Assembly (NCBI GenBank): GCA_043808015.1
Contig: JAZDFI010000009.1
Coordinates: 1 to 61,386 of the forward strand
Source: Candidatus Aenigmatarchaeota archaeon
GTDB lineage: Archaea; Aenigmatarchaeota; Aenigmatarchaeia; QMZP01; QMZT01
Direction of reading: 5' to 3'
DNA length: 61,386 bases
This document shows, piece by piece, positions 27,889 to 36,539 of the stretch. Position numbers and translations under genes: made by a program. The stretch's first letter is position 1, and every line of letters begins with the position of its first letter. A model generated the notes under the pieces. That model searched no databases. It was not told the origin of the DNA and saw only the letters and a program-made list of their open reading frames with translations.

Positions 27889-30051
27889 ATGAAGAAAAAA
27901 TTCCAGATAACGGGCATGCACTGCGCGAACTGCGCGCGGTCGATAGAGAAGAAAGTCGGCAAGATGCGCAACGTATCAAAAGCCGAAATAAACCTTGCGG
28001 CCGAGACGCTTGACGTCGAGTTCGATGCAGGCAAAGTGAGCAGCGAGAAGATTATCGCGGCAGTCGAGAGCGCGGGATTCAAGGCCTCGGAAAGCGCTGA
28101 CGAGGGAAGAAAAACGAGAATCGCCGAATCCGAAAGGCAGAAACGGCTGCTCCTGTTCAGCATTGCGCTCGCACTGCCTGCGTTCGTCATAAGCATGTTC
28201 GTGATGGACCTGCCTTACAGGCCGCTCATCCTGTTCGCGCTCGCGACGCCCGTGCAGTTCATAGTCGGCTACCAGTTCTACAAAGGCACGTGGCATAACA
28301 TACGGAATCGCCTGCCCGGCATGGATATGCTTATAGCGATAGGCACGTCGGCCGCGTATTTCTACAGCGTCGGCTCGACCTTCCTTTTTCCAGGCGACCT
28401 CTATTACGAAACTTCGTCGTCTCTCATAACATTCGTCGTCCTGGGCAAGTTCCTTGAGGCGAGGGCGAAAGGCAAGGCAGGCGATGCGATAAAGAAGCTC
28501 ATGGGCCTCGCCCCGAAAAACGCGACTGTCGTGAGGAACGGAAAAGAAATTTCAATTCCAATCGAACAGGTCGCTGTGGGCGACGTGATTATTGTCCGGC
28601 CCGGCGAGAAGATTCCGGTGGATGGCATTGTTTTGTCCGGGAATTCGGCTGTCGACGAATCCATGATAACGGGTGAAAGCATACCGGTCGAAAAAAATAA
28701 AGGCGACCCTGTAATAGGCGCGACCATAAACGGCAACGGAATGCTAAGATTCAGGGCGACTAAAATCGGCAAGGACACCGTGCTGTCGCAAATCGTGAAG
28801 CTTGTGCAGGAGGCGCAGGGCTCGAAAGCGCCGATACAGCGCTTCGCGGACAGGGTGTCGTCATATTTTGTTCCTGTAGTTGTTATGATTTCAATTGCTA
28901 CTTTCCTGACATGGTATTTCGTGATTGGCGTCGGCTTCGCGTCGTCGCTCATGTTCTCGATAGCCGTGCTTGTAATCGCATGCCCCTGCGCGCTCGGACT
29001 AGCGACGCCTACGGCCGTCATGGTCGGGACGGGCAAAGGAGCCGAGATGGGCATACTCATAAAAAGCGGCGGCGCTCTCGAGAAAGCGGGCGCCGTGAAC
29101 ACGGTCGTGTTCGACAAGACCGGCACGCTCACGGAAGGAAAGCCGAAAGTCACTGATATTATTGCTTTCAGCGGGCACAAACAGAGTGAAGTCCTGCGTC
29201 TCGCCGCGATAACCGAGAAGGGCTCGGAGCATCCGCTCGCTAGGGCGATACTCGACAAAGCGAAAAACATGAAAATCCCTCACGCATCCAGCTTTCATGC
29301 AGTGCCCGGACAGGGAGTGCGCGCTAGCTACGCGGGCAAGGCTGTTCTGCTCGGCACAAGGAAGCTGATGCGAAGCTCCGACGTGAACATTGCAAACATC
29401 GAGAAAAACATAAAGGCGCTGGAAGAGCAGGGCAAGACCGTCATGATTCTATGCATAAACAAGAAAGTCGCCGGCCTGATAGCGGTGGCCGACGTGCTCA
29501 AGCCGCAGGCGCAGGAAACTGTCAGGATGCTGAAAGCGAACGGGACGAGCGTATTCATGATAACAGGTGATAACAAGACTACCGCCGCGGCGATCGCGCA
29601 GCAGGCGGACATCGAGAACGTTCTAGCCGAGGTCCTGCCCAGCGGGAAAGCGGCGGAAGTCAAGAAGCTGCAGGCGAGGGGAAGGATTGTTGCGATGGTG
29701 GGCGACGGCATAAACGACGCGCCCGCGCTCGCTCAGTCGGACCTGGGCATCGCCGTCGGGTCTGGCACGGACATCGCCATCGAGACTGGCGATATCGTCC
29801 TGGTAAAGAGCGATCCGCGCGACGTCCACAAGGCCATGGAGCTCAGCAGGAAGACCATGTCCAAGATACGCCAGAACATGTTCTGGGCTCTATTCTACAA
29901 CTCAGCAGGCATTCCCATCGCTGCCGGCGCGCTGGCCGGGTTCGGCATAACGCTGCGTCCCGAGTTCGCTGGTTTCGCTATGGCTCTCAGCTCGGTATCC
30001 GTCGTCTCGAATTCATTGTTCCTCAAGAGGTATGGCAATGTCAAGAAATAA
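27889..30051 (+). CDS. copA: copper-translocating P1B-type ATPase
   Basis: 720 aa with an N-terminal [16 protein letters not shown], the CPC motif [11 protein letters not shown], the phosphorylation site DKTGTLT and the hinge [10 protein letters not shown]. Confidence 0.9.
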   Translation: MKKKFQITGMHCANCARSIEKKVGKMRNVSKAEINLAAETLDVEFDAGKVSSEKIIAAVESAGFKASESADEGRKTRIAESERQKRLLLFSIALALPAFVISMFVMDLPYRPLILFALATPVQFIVGYQFYKGTWHNIRNRLPGMDMLIAIGTSAAYFYSVGSTFLFPGDLYYETSSSLITFVVLGKFLEARAKGKAGDAIKKLMGLAPKNATVVRNGKEISIPIEQVAVGDVIIVRPGEKIPVDGIVLSGNSAVDESMITGESIPVEKNKGDPVIGATINGNGMLRFRATKIGKDTVLSQIVKLVQEAQGSKAPIQRFADRVSSYFVPVVVMISIATFLTWYFVIGVGFASSLMFSIAVLVIACPCALGLATPTAVMVGTGKGAEMGILIKSGGALEKAGAVNTVVFDKTGTLTEGKPKVTDIIAFSGHKQSEVLRLAAITEKGSEHPLARAILDKAKNMKIPHASSFHAVPGQGVRASYAGKAVLLGTRKLMRSSDVNIANIEKNIKALEEQGKTVMILCINKKVAGLIAVADVLKPQAQETVRMLKANGTSVFMITGDNKTTAAAIAQQADIENVLAEVLPSGKAAEVKKLQARGRIVAMVGDGINDAPALAQSDLGIAVGSGTDIAIETGDIVLVKSDPRDVHKAMELSRKTMSKIRQNMFWALFYNSAGIPIAAGALAGFGITLRPEFAGFAMALSSVSVVSNSLFLKRYGNVKK

Positions 30052-30126
30052 AGGGAAAACGGTTATTAGGAAAGAAACGAAATATTCAGTAAGGCTTAAA
30101 AATCCGGCTTACAGAGAGAATATACT

Positions 30127-31065
30127 TTGATAGTTATGATATGCATAATCGCGCTCGTCGTGTTCAGCGTGCTGGGAATATTCAGCGCCAAGTACAGGAC
30201 CATCGCTAAAGAGGCGTTTGAATGCGTCTTCAAGCGGCTGACGCTGCGAAAATGCACGACCGGCCTCGACAAGCGGCTGAAGTCGCAGATTACGGGCAAG
30301 GTCATGAGGCGCCACCAGCGGCTGGGCGCGTCCATCTACAAGCACTTCGAAATAATCTCGTGGGCGTTCACCATAGCCATGGTCCTCAGCCTCGGCTACT
30401 CGGCATATAGCATAGGCAATCTTTTCATTTACGGCAACTGCAACGGCCCGATTCCGGACGCGTTCTGCGTCTTTGACCCACTAATTCACGGCGGGCAGGA
30501 AGCGGAATGCACGGTGGAGGGAGCGAAGGGCGAAATAATAGGAGTTCTCACTGTCCATGAAGATGATCCCGCAATGGGGCCGGCGGATGCTAAGGTCACG
30601 ATAATCGAAGCGGGATGCTTCGTGTGCCCGTACACCAAGCAGGCCGTACCTGTCATAGACGAGATTATATCATATTATGGCGAAAAGGTGCGCTTCGTCT
30701 ACAAGGACTTCCCTTTGAGTTCGTCGCATTCCGGCGCACAGGAAACCGCGGAGGCGTCGCACTGCGCGCGCGAGCAGGGCAAATACTGGGAATACTGGAA
30801 CCTGCTTTTCGTGAACCAGGGCAAGTCGTCGCTGGAAGACCTGGTGGGCTTCGCGAATGACGTGGGCCTTGACCAGAACCAGTTCACTGAGTGCCTTACC
30901 ACGCACAAATACAAGGCGAAAGTCGATGCCGACTTCGCTGAAGGGTTCAAGATAGGCATCTACGGCACGCCGACGTTCTTCATCAACGACCAGGTAGTCG
31001 TCGGGCCCAAGAGCTTCAACGAGTTCAGAACGATAATAGACAGCGAGCTGGCGAAAGGTGGCTGA
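30127..31065 (+). CDS. membrane-anchored DsbA-like thiol:disulfide oxidoreductase
   Basis: 312 aa with two N-terminal TM helices that flank a basic loop with two Cys. The thioredoxin-fold domain has the CxxC motif GCFVCPYTKQ and a DsbA-like helical insert (HCAREQGKYWEYWNLLF). Confidence 0.7.
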   Translation: MIVMICIIALVVFSVLGIFSAKYRTIAKEAFECVFKRLTLRKCTTGLDKRLKSQITGKVMRRHQRLGASIYKHFEIISWAFTIAMVLSLGYSAYSIGNLFIYGNCNGPIPDAFCVFDPLIHGGQEAECTVEGAKGEIIGVLTVHEDDPAMGPADAKVTIIEAGCFVCPYTKQAVPVIDEIISYYGEKVRFVYKDFPLSSSHSGAQETAEASHCAREQGKYWEYWNLLFVNQGKSSLEDLVGFANDVGLDQNQFTECLTTHKYKAKVDADFAEGFKIGIYGTPTFFINDQVVVGPKSFNEFRTIIDSELAKGG

Positions 31066-32277
31066 ATGGGACTCAACGTCGAAAAGATAAGGCAGGACTT
31101 TCCAATTCTCCAGAAGAAAGTGAACAACAAGCCCATAATTTATTTTGACAACGCGTGCATGACCCTTCGTCCCATACAGGTCATAGACAAGATCAGGGAA
31201 TACTACACCGAATATCCCGCGTGCGGCGAGCGCTCGCTCCACAAGCTGGGCAGGCGCGTCGACGAGGAAATCGGCAAGGCGAAGGAAACGCTGAAGAAAT
31301 TCATCAATGCAAAAAACGCCAGCGAGATAATACTTACCAAGAACACGACCGAGGGTCTCAACCTCGTCGCTAACGCGTTCCCGTTCAAGCCCGGCGACGT
31401 CGTGCTGGGCACGGACAAAGAGCACAACTCTAACCTTCTGCCGTGGCAGCGCATCATGCCCAAAGGAGTGGTTTACGATTACGTCGAAGCTGATGAGGAT
31501 GGCAATTTTTCTATTGAAAATTTCAAGCAGAAGCTCAACAAGAAAGTCAGGCTGGTCGCGATGGTCATGACTTCTAACATGGACGGGTCCAGCGTGCCTG
31601 CGAAGGAGATTGTGAAGATCGCGCATGACAACGGCTCGCTGGTCCTGCTCGACGCGGCTCAGGCGGTTCCCCACCATGAAGTCGACGTGAGAAAGCTCGA
31701 TGTCGATTTCCTCGCGTTCTCGGGGCACAAGATGATGGGCCCGACGGGGACAGGGATACTTTACGGCAAGGAGAGCGCGCTGGCGTCGCTAGCGCCGTAC
31801 ATCGTGGGCGGCGGCACTGTAATCGACTCGACGCACACCACGGCCAAATATGAGGAAGCGCCGCACAAATTCGAGGCGGGGCTGCAGCACTACGCTGGTC
31901 TGATCGGCCTCGGCGAAGCCGCGAATTACATTATGAAAATTGGCAGGGACAACATCGAGAAGCACGAAACGTCGCTAAACAAGTTCGTGACCGAACAACT
32001 CGCTGGTTTGGTCGACATCATCGGCCCGAAAGATGCCGGCAAGCGCTCTGGCATATTCAGCTTCAACGCGGGCAGCACCGACCCGCACGAGATCGCCATG
32101 ATGCTCGACCAAATGGAGAACATTTGCCTGCGTTCAGGAGCGCATTGCGTGCACTCTTGGTTCAATACCCATAACCTGCGCGGCAGCGTGCGAGCTTCGC
32201 TGTATGCGTACAACACGCAGGAAGAGTGCCAGAAGTTCGCCGACACGCTGAAAATGGCGCTGAAGATTGTAAAATAA
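31066..32277 (+). CDS. cysteine desulfurase, SufS/CsdA-like (group II)
   Basis: 403 aa with the PLP lysine in AFSGHKMMGPTG and the catalytic Cys in RSGAHCVHSW. Its ATG immediately follows the stop of the DsbA-like gene. Confidence 0.85.
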   Translation: MGLNVEKIRQDFPILQKKVNNKPIIYFDNACMTLRPIQVIDKIREYYTEYPACGERSLHKLGRRVDEEIGKAKETLKKFINAKNASEIILTKNTTEGLNLVANAFPFKPGDVVLGTDKEHNSNLLPWQRIMPKGVVYDYVEADEDGNFSIENFKQKLNKKVRLVAMVMTSNMDGSSVPAKEIVKIAHDNGSLVLLDAAQAVPHHEVDVRKLDVDFLAFSGHKMMGPTGTGILYGKESALASLAPYIVGGGTVIDSTHTTAKYEEAPHKFEAGLQHYAGLIGLGEAANYIMKIGRDNIEKHETSLNKFVTEQLAGLVDIIGPKDAGKRSGIFSFNAGSTDPHEIAMMLDQMENICLRSGAHCVHSWFNTHNLRGSVRASLYAYNTQEECQKFADTLKMALKIVK

Positions 32278-32419
32278 ACTTTATTTTTAAATCCGCTAGG
32301 ACAAATTTTATTCAGGTAACATTATATGGAAATGCCTCCCACGAATTTCATAAGAATCAGACTGTAAACTTTTTCCGGAAAGTTTTCGGGAAAAGATATT
32401 TATATAACAGTGTTATATA

Positions 32420-33601
32420 TTGACTATGAAAACTTCTAGAACCGTCTATCTGGACAACGGGAAGACGACCAGAATCGATTCGTCTGTGATGGCGGAGATG
32501 AAAAAATATTTTATCCAGCATTACGGCGCACCGTCGTCGACGGAATACGGCCACTCTTTCGGCATGAAGGCCAGGGAAGCGCTGGTTCAGGCGAAGCTGG
32601 TCATTGCGAAGAAGATAAACGCCGACCCGGAAGAAATCGTCTTTACATCAGGCGAAGTGGAGAACGACAACCTCGCCATAAAGGGCGCGTGCTTCGCCCA
32701 CGACCTCAGGGACGGCCGCAACCGTATAGTCACCACTAAAATCGAGCGCAAGCCCGTTCTCGACATTTTCAAAATGCTCGAGTCGATGGATTGCTACAAG
32801 GCGGATTACGTAAACGTCGATGAACAGGGTTTTGTAAAATTCGACGAGCTGGATAAGATGGTCACAGGCAAAACGCTGCTCGTTGCGGTGCAGCACGCGA
32901 ACCAGGAAATCGGCACGCTCCAGGACATAGCGCGCATAGGCGAGCTGTGCAGGAAGCGAGGAGCGATATTTTATGTCGATGCCAGCCAGTCTTTCACGAA
33001 AGCTCCCATTGACGTGAAAAAAATGAATGTTGATCTGATGTCGCTGTCGTCGGACAAGAATCACGGCCCGAAAGGCGTGGCCGCTCTATACGTGCGCAAC
33101 GGCATTCGCATCCAGCGGCTTTTCGAAGGCGGAGAATCGGCTGAAGACATAAGGCCGAGCGGCATACCAAACGTCCCGGCGATCATGGGCTTCGCTAAGG
33201 CAATCGCGCTCACGGATGAGAAACACAATGTCCAGATGATGAAGATGCGCGATTATCTCATAGCGAACCTGCTCAAAATTCCGAATACGCGGCTGAACGG
33301 GCCCAGGCGAAATCGCCTCTGCAGCAACGTGAACGTCAGCTTCAAGTTCATCGAAGGCGAGAGCCTGCTCATGCATTTGGACAGCAAAGGCATCGTGGCG
33401 ACTACCGGATCCGCATGTTTCTCGTCGAATCTCCAGCCCAGCCACGTGATACTCGCGCTTGGCCTGTCGCATGAGGACGCGCACGGCTCGCTGAGACTGA
33501 CGTTCTCGCGCTACAATACCATACAGGAAATGAGCTACGTCGTGGCGTCGGCGAAAGAAGTGGTAAAGCGCCTGCGCGAGATAAGCCCTTTCAGCAAATG
33601 A
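32420..33601 (+). CDS. cysteine desulfurase, NifS/IscS-like (group I)
   Basis: 393 aa with the PLP-lysine region SSDKNHGPKGVAALYV, the catalytic loop TTGSACFSS and the C-terminal AHGSLRLTFSRYNT. Confidence 0.85.
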   Translation: MTMKTSRTVYLDNGKTTRIDSSVMAEMKKYFIQHYGAPSSTEYGHSFGMKAREALVQAKLVIAKKINADPEEIVFTSGEVENDNLAIKGACFAHDLRDGRNRIVTTKIERKPVLDIFKMLESMDCYKADYVNVDEQGFVKFDELDKMVTGKTLLVAVQHANQEIGTLQDIARIGELCRKRGAIFYVDASQSFTKAPIDVKKMNVDLMSLSSDKNHGPKGVAALYVRNGIRIQRLFEGGESAEDIRPSGIPNVPAIMGFAKAIALTDEKHNVQMMKMRDYLIANLLKIPNTRLNGPRRNRLCSNVNVSFKFIEGESLLMHLDSKGIVATTGSACFSSNLQPSHVILALGLSHEDAHGSLRLTFSRYNTIQEMSYVVASAKEVVKRLREISPFSK

Positions 33602-33686
33602 TTTCTTCTTCAGAAAGCCTCCCATAAAGGTTTATAAAGCTAATATTTAACACTTACTAGTAGTAATAAATTGCTATGTGATTTTC

Positions 33687-34061
33687 ATGAAGAACGGCAT
33701 GGACATGATGATAGTCAGCGGGGTTCTAATGCTAGTCATGACTTGGTTCATGTTCAATTCCATACAACCGACCGGCTATGTTGTCGCGGCTTCCGCACAG
33801 GAAGAGCGGATGGAAGCGTTTCTCAACTGCGTCTATGAGAGCGGGACGAACCTGTACATAACAGGCGACTGCGCTGCATGCGACGAGCAGAAAGCGATTT
33901 TCGGCGACGGCTTCGAGATGATAAAGACCACTCTCTGCGAGAACGGCGCATGCGAGAGGAGCGACATCACGAAATTTCCGACTTGGATAATAAAGGGGGA
34001 GAAGTATGAATCAGTGTTTTCGCTTGAACAGGTGTCAGCGCTTAGCGGATGCAGACTCTGA
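33687..34061 (+). CDS. exported thioredoxin-like domain protein (VKOR-associated Trx-like type)
   Basis: It has an N-terminal TM/signal helix. The pattern GDCAACDEQKAIFG ... C ... C ... KFPTWIIKGEKY ... SGC resembles the Trx-like domain fused to bacterial VKOR homologues. The track start is GTG 33678. Confidence 0.45.
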   Translation: MKNGMDMMIVSGVLMLVMTWFMFNSIQPTGYVVAASAQEERMEAFLNCVYESGTNLYITGDCAACDEQKAIFGDGFEMIKTTLCENGACERSDITKFPTWIIKGEKYESVFSLEQVSALSGCRL

Positions 34062-34122
34062 CGACGCGTTTTATCTTTCCCGGTTTTCACCCATTTATTA
34101 ATTTACTGCGCATAATATTTTC

Positions 34123-34539
34123 ATGGTAAAAAGCTACGCGCGCGGGCGGAGATTCGAGTACCATGTCGTCGACAAGCTCGCCAAGAACGGCATAAACAGC
34201 AGGCGCATAATTCTATCGGGCCGGCAGCCAGCGTACGGACAGCAGCCGATTTCTGACATTCCCAACTGCGACATAATAGTCGAAGAGCGCTTCAAGGGCA
34301 AGGCAAAAACGACAAAAGCGAAGAAATACATCTCCTTCCCGGAAAAGGAGATAATGGAGCTGGAGAAGAATGACGTGAACTTCCTGGTTTTCAATTACAT
34401 GAGAACGAACCCGTTCGTCGTCATCCGCTTCGAGGATTTCGTGGACCTGATAAAGCTGTGGAAGGAGAAAGGCAGCAACGCGCCGCCAGCGGATGTAACC
34501 ATCGTCGAAACTAATCAGCCTTCTGCTCAATCTCCCTGA
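34123..34539 (+). CDS. hypothetical protein, possibly Hjc-like PD-(D/E)xK nuclease fold
   Basis: 138 aa. The N-terminus YARGRRFEYHVVDKLAKNGINSRRIILSG...CDIIVEE is loosely like archaeal Holliday junction resolvase, but the E-x-K element is not evident. This call is tentative. Confidence 0.3.
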   Translation: MVKSYARGRRFEYHVVDKLAKNGINSRRIILSGRQPAYGQQPISDIPNCDIIVEERFKGKAKTTKAKKYISFPEKEIMELEKNDVNFLVFNYMRTNPFVVIRFEDFVDLIKLWKEKGSNAPPADVTIVETNQPSAQSP

Positions 34540-35251
34540 TTTTCGTGATGTAGTCGTCCTTCATCTTCTGCAGCGCTTCGACAACGACCTTGTCCTTCAT
34601 CTCTTTATTGTCCCTGATTTTGTCAATCATTCTGCTTATGTCCGCCATGTGCCTCTCGCAAAGGCCTATCTCCAGCTTTCGCACGTGCGGTGTCGGATAA
34701 GACCTGTGGGTCCACACATCGTCCAGCAGCGCATCTATCCTGGGATCGCTGCCCGGGTCGTAGTCGTTGATCTCGAGGAAAAGCGCGTATCGTTTGGCGA
34801 GTTTCTTGGCCTTGTTTAGCATGTATTTGTTATACATCTCGAACACCCTCGAGACCATGCTGAACCGGCTGAGCACTATGCCTATCAGGACGAGGAAGAA
34901 CATGTAGTAGTTTATGAAAAGGAACGAGTAGATCAGGGCGGAGAGCGACGGGAAGACGAGGACAAGGGCGACGGTCGTGCCTATGGACCAGAGCGCCAGC
35001 AGCAGGTATGGCAGCAGGTAAAGGTGTATCACCCTGTACGGCTCTATGACCTCCCTGTAATCCTTGTAAAAGTAATAGGCCACGAAGAAACTGGTGACGC
35101 AGTAAAAGGCGCTGAGGCCGAGCAGCGTAAGCGACTCGATCACCGCGAAGTTGAAGAAAATCATGCCGGCTGTGAGGGAGAATACGGCGAACGAAAAAAA
35201 GAGATAATGAAGAGTCTTCAGGTAAGACGAGCTCACGTATATTTTCTGCAT
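34511..35251 (-). CDS. hypothetical polytopic membrane protein with a cytoplasmic helical tail
   Basis: 246 aa with about 5 hydrophobic segments and then a charged C-terminal region. I recognise no family. Confidence 0.4.
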   Translation of the reverse strand: MQKIYVSSSYLKTLHYLFFSFAVFSLTAGMIFFNFAVIESLTLLGLSAFYCVTSFFVAYYFYKDYREVIEPYRVIHLYLLPYLLLALWSIGTTVALVLVFPSLSALIYSFLFINYYMFFLVLIGIVLSRFSMVSRVFEMYNKYMLNKAKKLAKRYALFLEINDYDPGSDPRIDALLDDVWTHRSYPTPHVRKLEIGLCERHMADISRMIDKIRDNKEMKDKVVVEALQKMKDDYITKIREIEQKAD

Positions 35252-35260
35252 GTGGCCACA

Positions 35261-35821
35261 TCATCCTCCGAAAACCGACAGGACCCACTGCATCCCGTAG
35301 TATCCGCCCAACGCTAGGGAAAGGTTCATTATCATCTTGCCGATGAAAGTCGCTATGACGAATTTCCTTATGTCGTATTTTATAGCCCCGCAGAAGACGC
35401 CTACCACGTCGTCCGGGAGCGGCGTCGCTGCGAAGAACACTATGACCGTGAAGGCCTTGTATTTCTCCATCCACTTGTTCGCCTTTTTGAGCCATTTATC
35501 GTGCTTCTTTTCTATCACCTTTTCTCCGGCGCGGCCGAGACCATAGCCGGTGAATTCGCCAAGCGTCGCTCCCAGCGCCGCGGCCAGGCCTACGAGCCAT
35601 GGGTTGAGCACCGCGCCGAAACTGAAGACTATTATGAAGGCGGGCACGGGGAAAAGTATAGTCGCCGCGGCCACGAGGTTTATCAGGAATATGCCCGGGT
35701 ATCCCCACGTGGAAGCGATGGAGTTTGACCACTCCGTGAAGGCCGTGATAATAGAAAGCAGGTCCATGTGAATATTTATCAGGGCGATAATATAATACAA
35801 TGAGCTATGGAAAGTCGCCAT
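35261..35821 (-). CDS. DedA/VTT (SNARE-associated) family membrane protein
   Basis: It has YPGIFLINLVAAATILFPVPAFII and VIVFFAATPLPDDVVGVFCGAIKY, typical of YqaA/DedA proteins. The true start may be the ATG at 35767. Confidence 0.7.
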   Translation of the reverse strand: MATFHSSLYYIIALINIHMDLLSIITAFTEWSNSIASTWGYPGIFLINLVAAATILFPVPAFIIVFSFGAVLNPWLVGLAAALGATLGEFTGYGLGRAGEKVIEKKHDKWLKKANKWMEKYKAFTVIVFFAATPLPDDVVGVFCGAIKYDIRKFVIATFIGKMIMNLSLALGGYYGMQWVLSVFGG

Positions 35822-36072
35822 GGATAGCTGCGTTCCTGAACTTCGTCACGTGGGGTGCCGGATACATATACATACGCCACAGGATGGTCCTCGGGACAGG
35901 CCTGCTTTTAGTGACAATCATCAACTTCATGATACTGGTTTCCATGCCTGCGGAGATAATTCTGCCGTCCAGCGAGCTTTTTTACGTGTGGCTCTCCTTC
36001 ATATGGGTTGCTCTGAGCCTGCTTTTCGCAGTGGACGCTTTCATGGAAACGCAAGACCTCAATAAAATATGA
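35800..36072 (+). CDS. small membrane protein
   Basis: 90 aa with three hydrophobic segments. It is divergent from the DedA-like gene. I recognise no family. Confidence 0.35.
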   Translation: MSYGKSPWIAAFLNFVTWGAGYIYIRHRMVLGTGLLLVTIINFMILVSMPAEIILPSSELFYVWLSFIWVALSLLFAVDAFMETQDLNKI

Positions 36073-36329
36073 AGGCGGAGCATGCCGGAATTTATGCCGG
36101 AAAGTTTATACTGAAATACTATTTACAGTCACCTCATCAGACCCACCCCCCCGTTCCTGAACATTAACCGTTTGTTATGGCGGGAAAAAAACGATATAAA
36201 ATTTTATATGAATATACTATTTATCTACGCACATGAGCCGTCAAAAAGGCTACTCGGAAAGGAGTAGCGCCTTATTAATTTTATAAAGTTTGGGGACCAA
36301 TTAAAAACTGTATTTTTTAAGGTGGCAGT

Positions 36330-36473
36330 ATGGAGAAATGGAAATGCAAAAGGTGCAATTATATTTTCGTAGGCAATGATTGCCCCAAAATATGCCCCAA
36401 CTGCGCGCACAAGGTGGAATTCGAGCTTTTCAACGAGCTTGTCCCGCCATTCACGCCGATTTACGACGAGTGA
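36330..36473 (+). CDS. small rubredoxin-like zinc-ribbon protein (47 aa, below the ORF-track cutoff)
   Basis: My translation is MEKWKCKRCNYIFVGNDCPKICPNCAHKVEFELFNELVPPFTPIYDE, with two CxxC pairs. AAGGTGG lies 4 nt upstream of the ATG. Confidence 0.45.
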   Translation: MEKWKCKRCNYIFVGNDCPKICPNCAHKVEFELFNELVPPFTPIYDE

Positions 36474-36539
36474 AATAGCCCTTATTCTGAACGATAAAAT
36501 GAAAAGAAAAAGAAGAATAAAAAATTAAGAGCTTTATCT

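Noticed and set aside
32366-32385. An imperfect palindrome AAACTTT-TTCCGG-AAAGTTT upstream of the NifS-like gene.
   Set aside because: It is a short 7-bp-arm inverted repeat in AT-rich promoter DNA, with no second copy or known consensus to link it to. I noted it but the support is too weak to call it an operator.
36073-36329. A 257-nt intergenic region screened for a C/D-box sRNA or other ncRNA. It has a TGATGA on the minus strand, a CTGA on the plus strand, the hairpin GCTACTC-GGAAAG-GAGTAGC and the repeated motif ATACTATTTA.
   Set aside because: The box motifs are on opposite strands and not in a C/D arrangement with terminal pairing. The region is more simply promoter and terminator space between convergent and divergent small genes.
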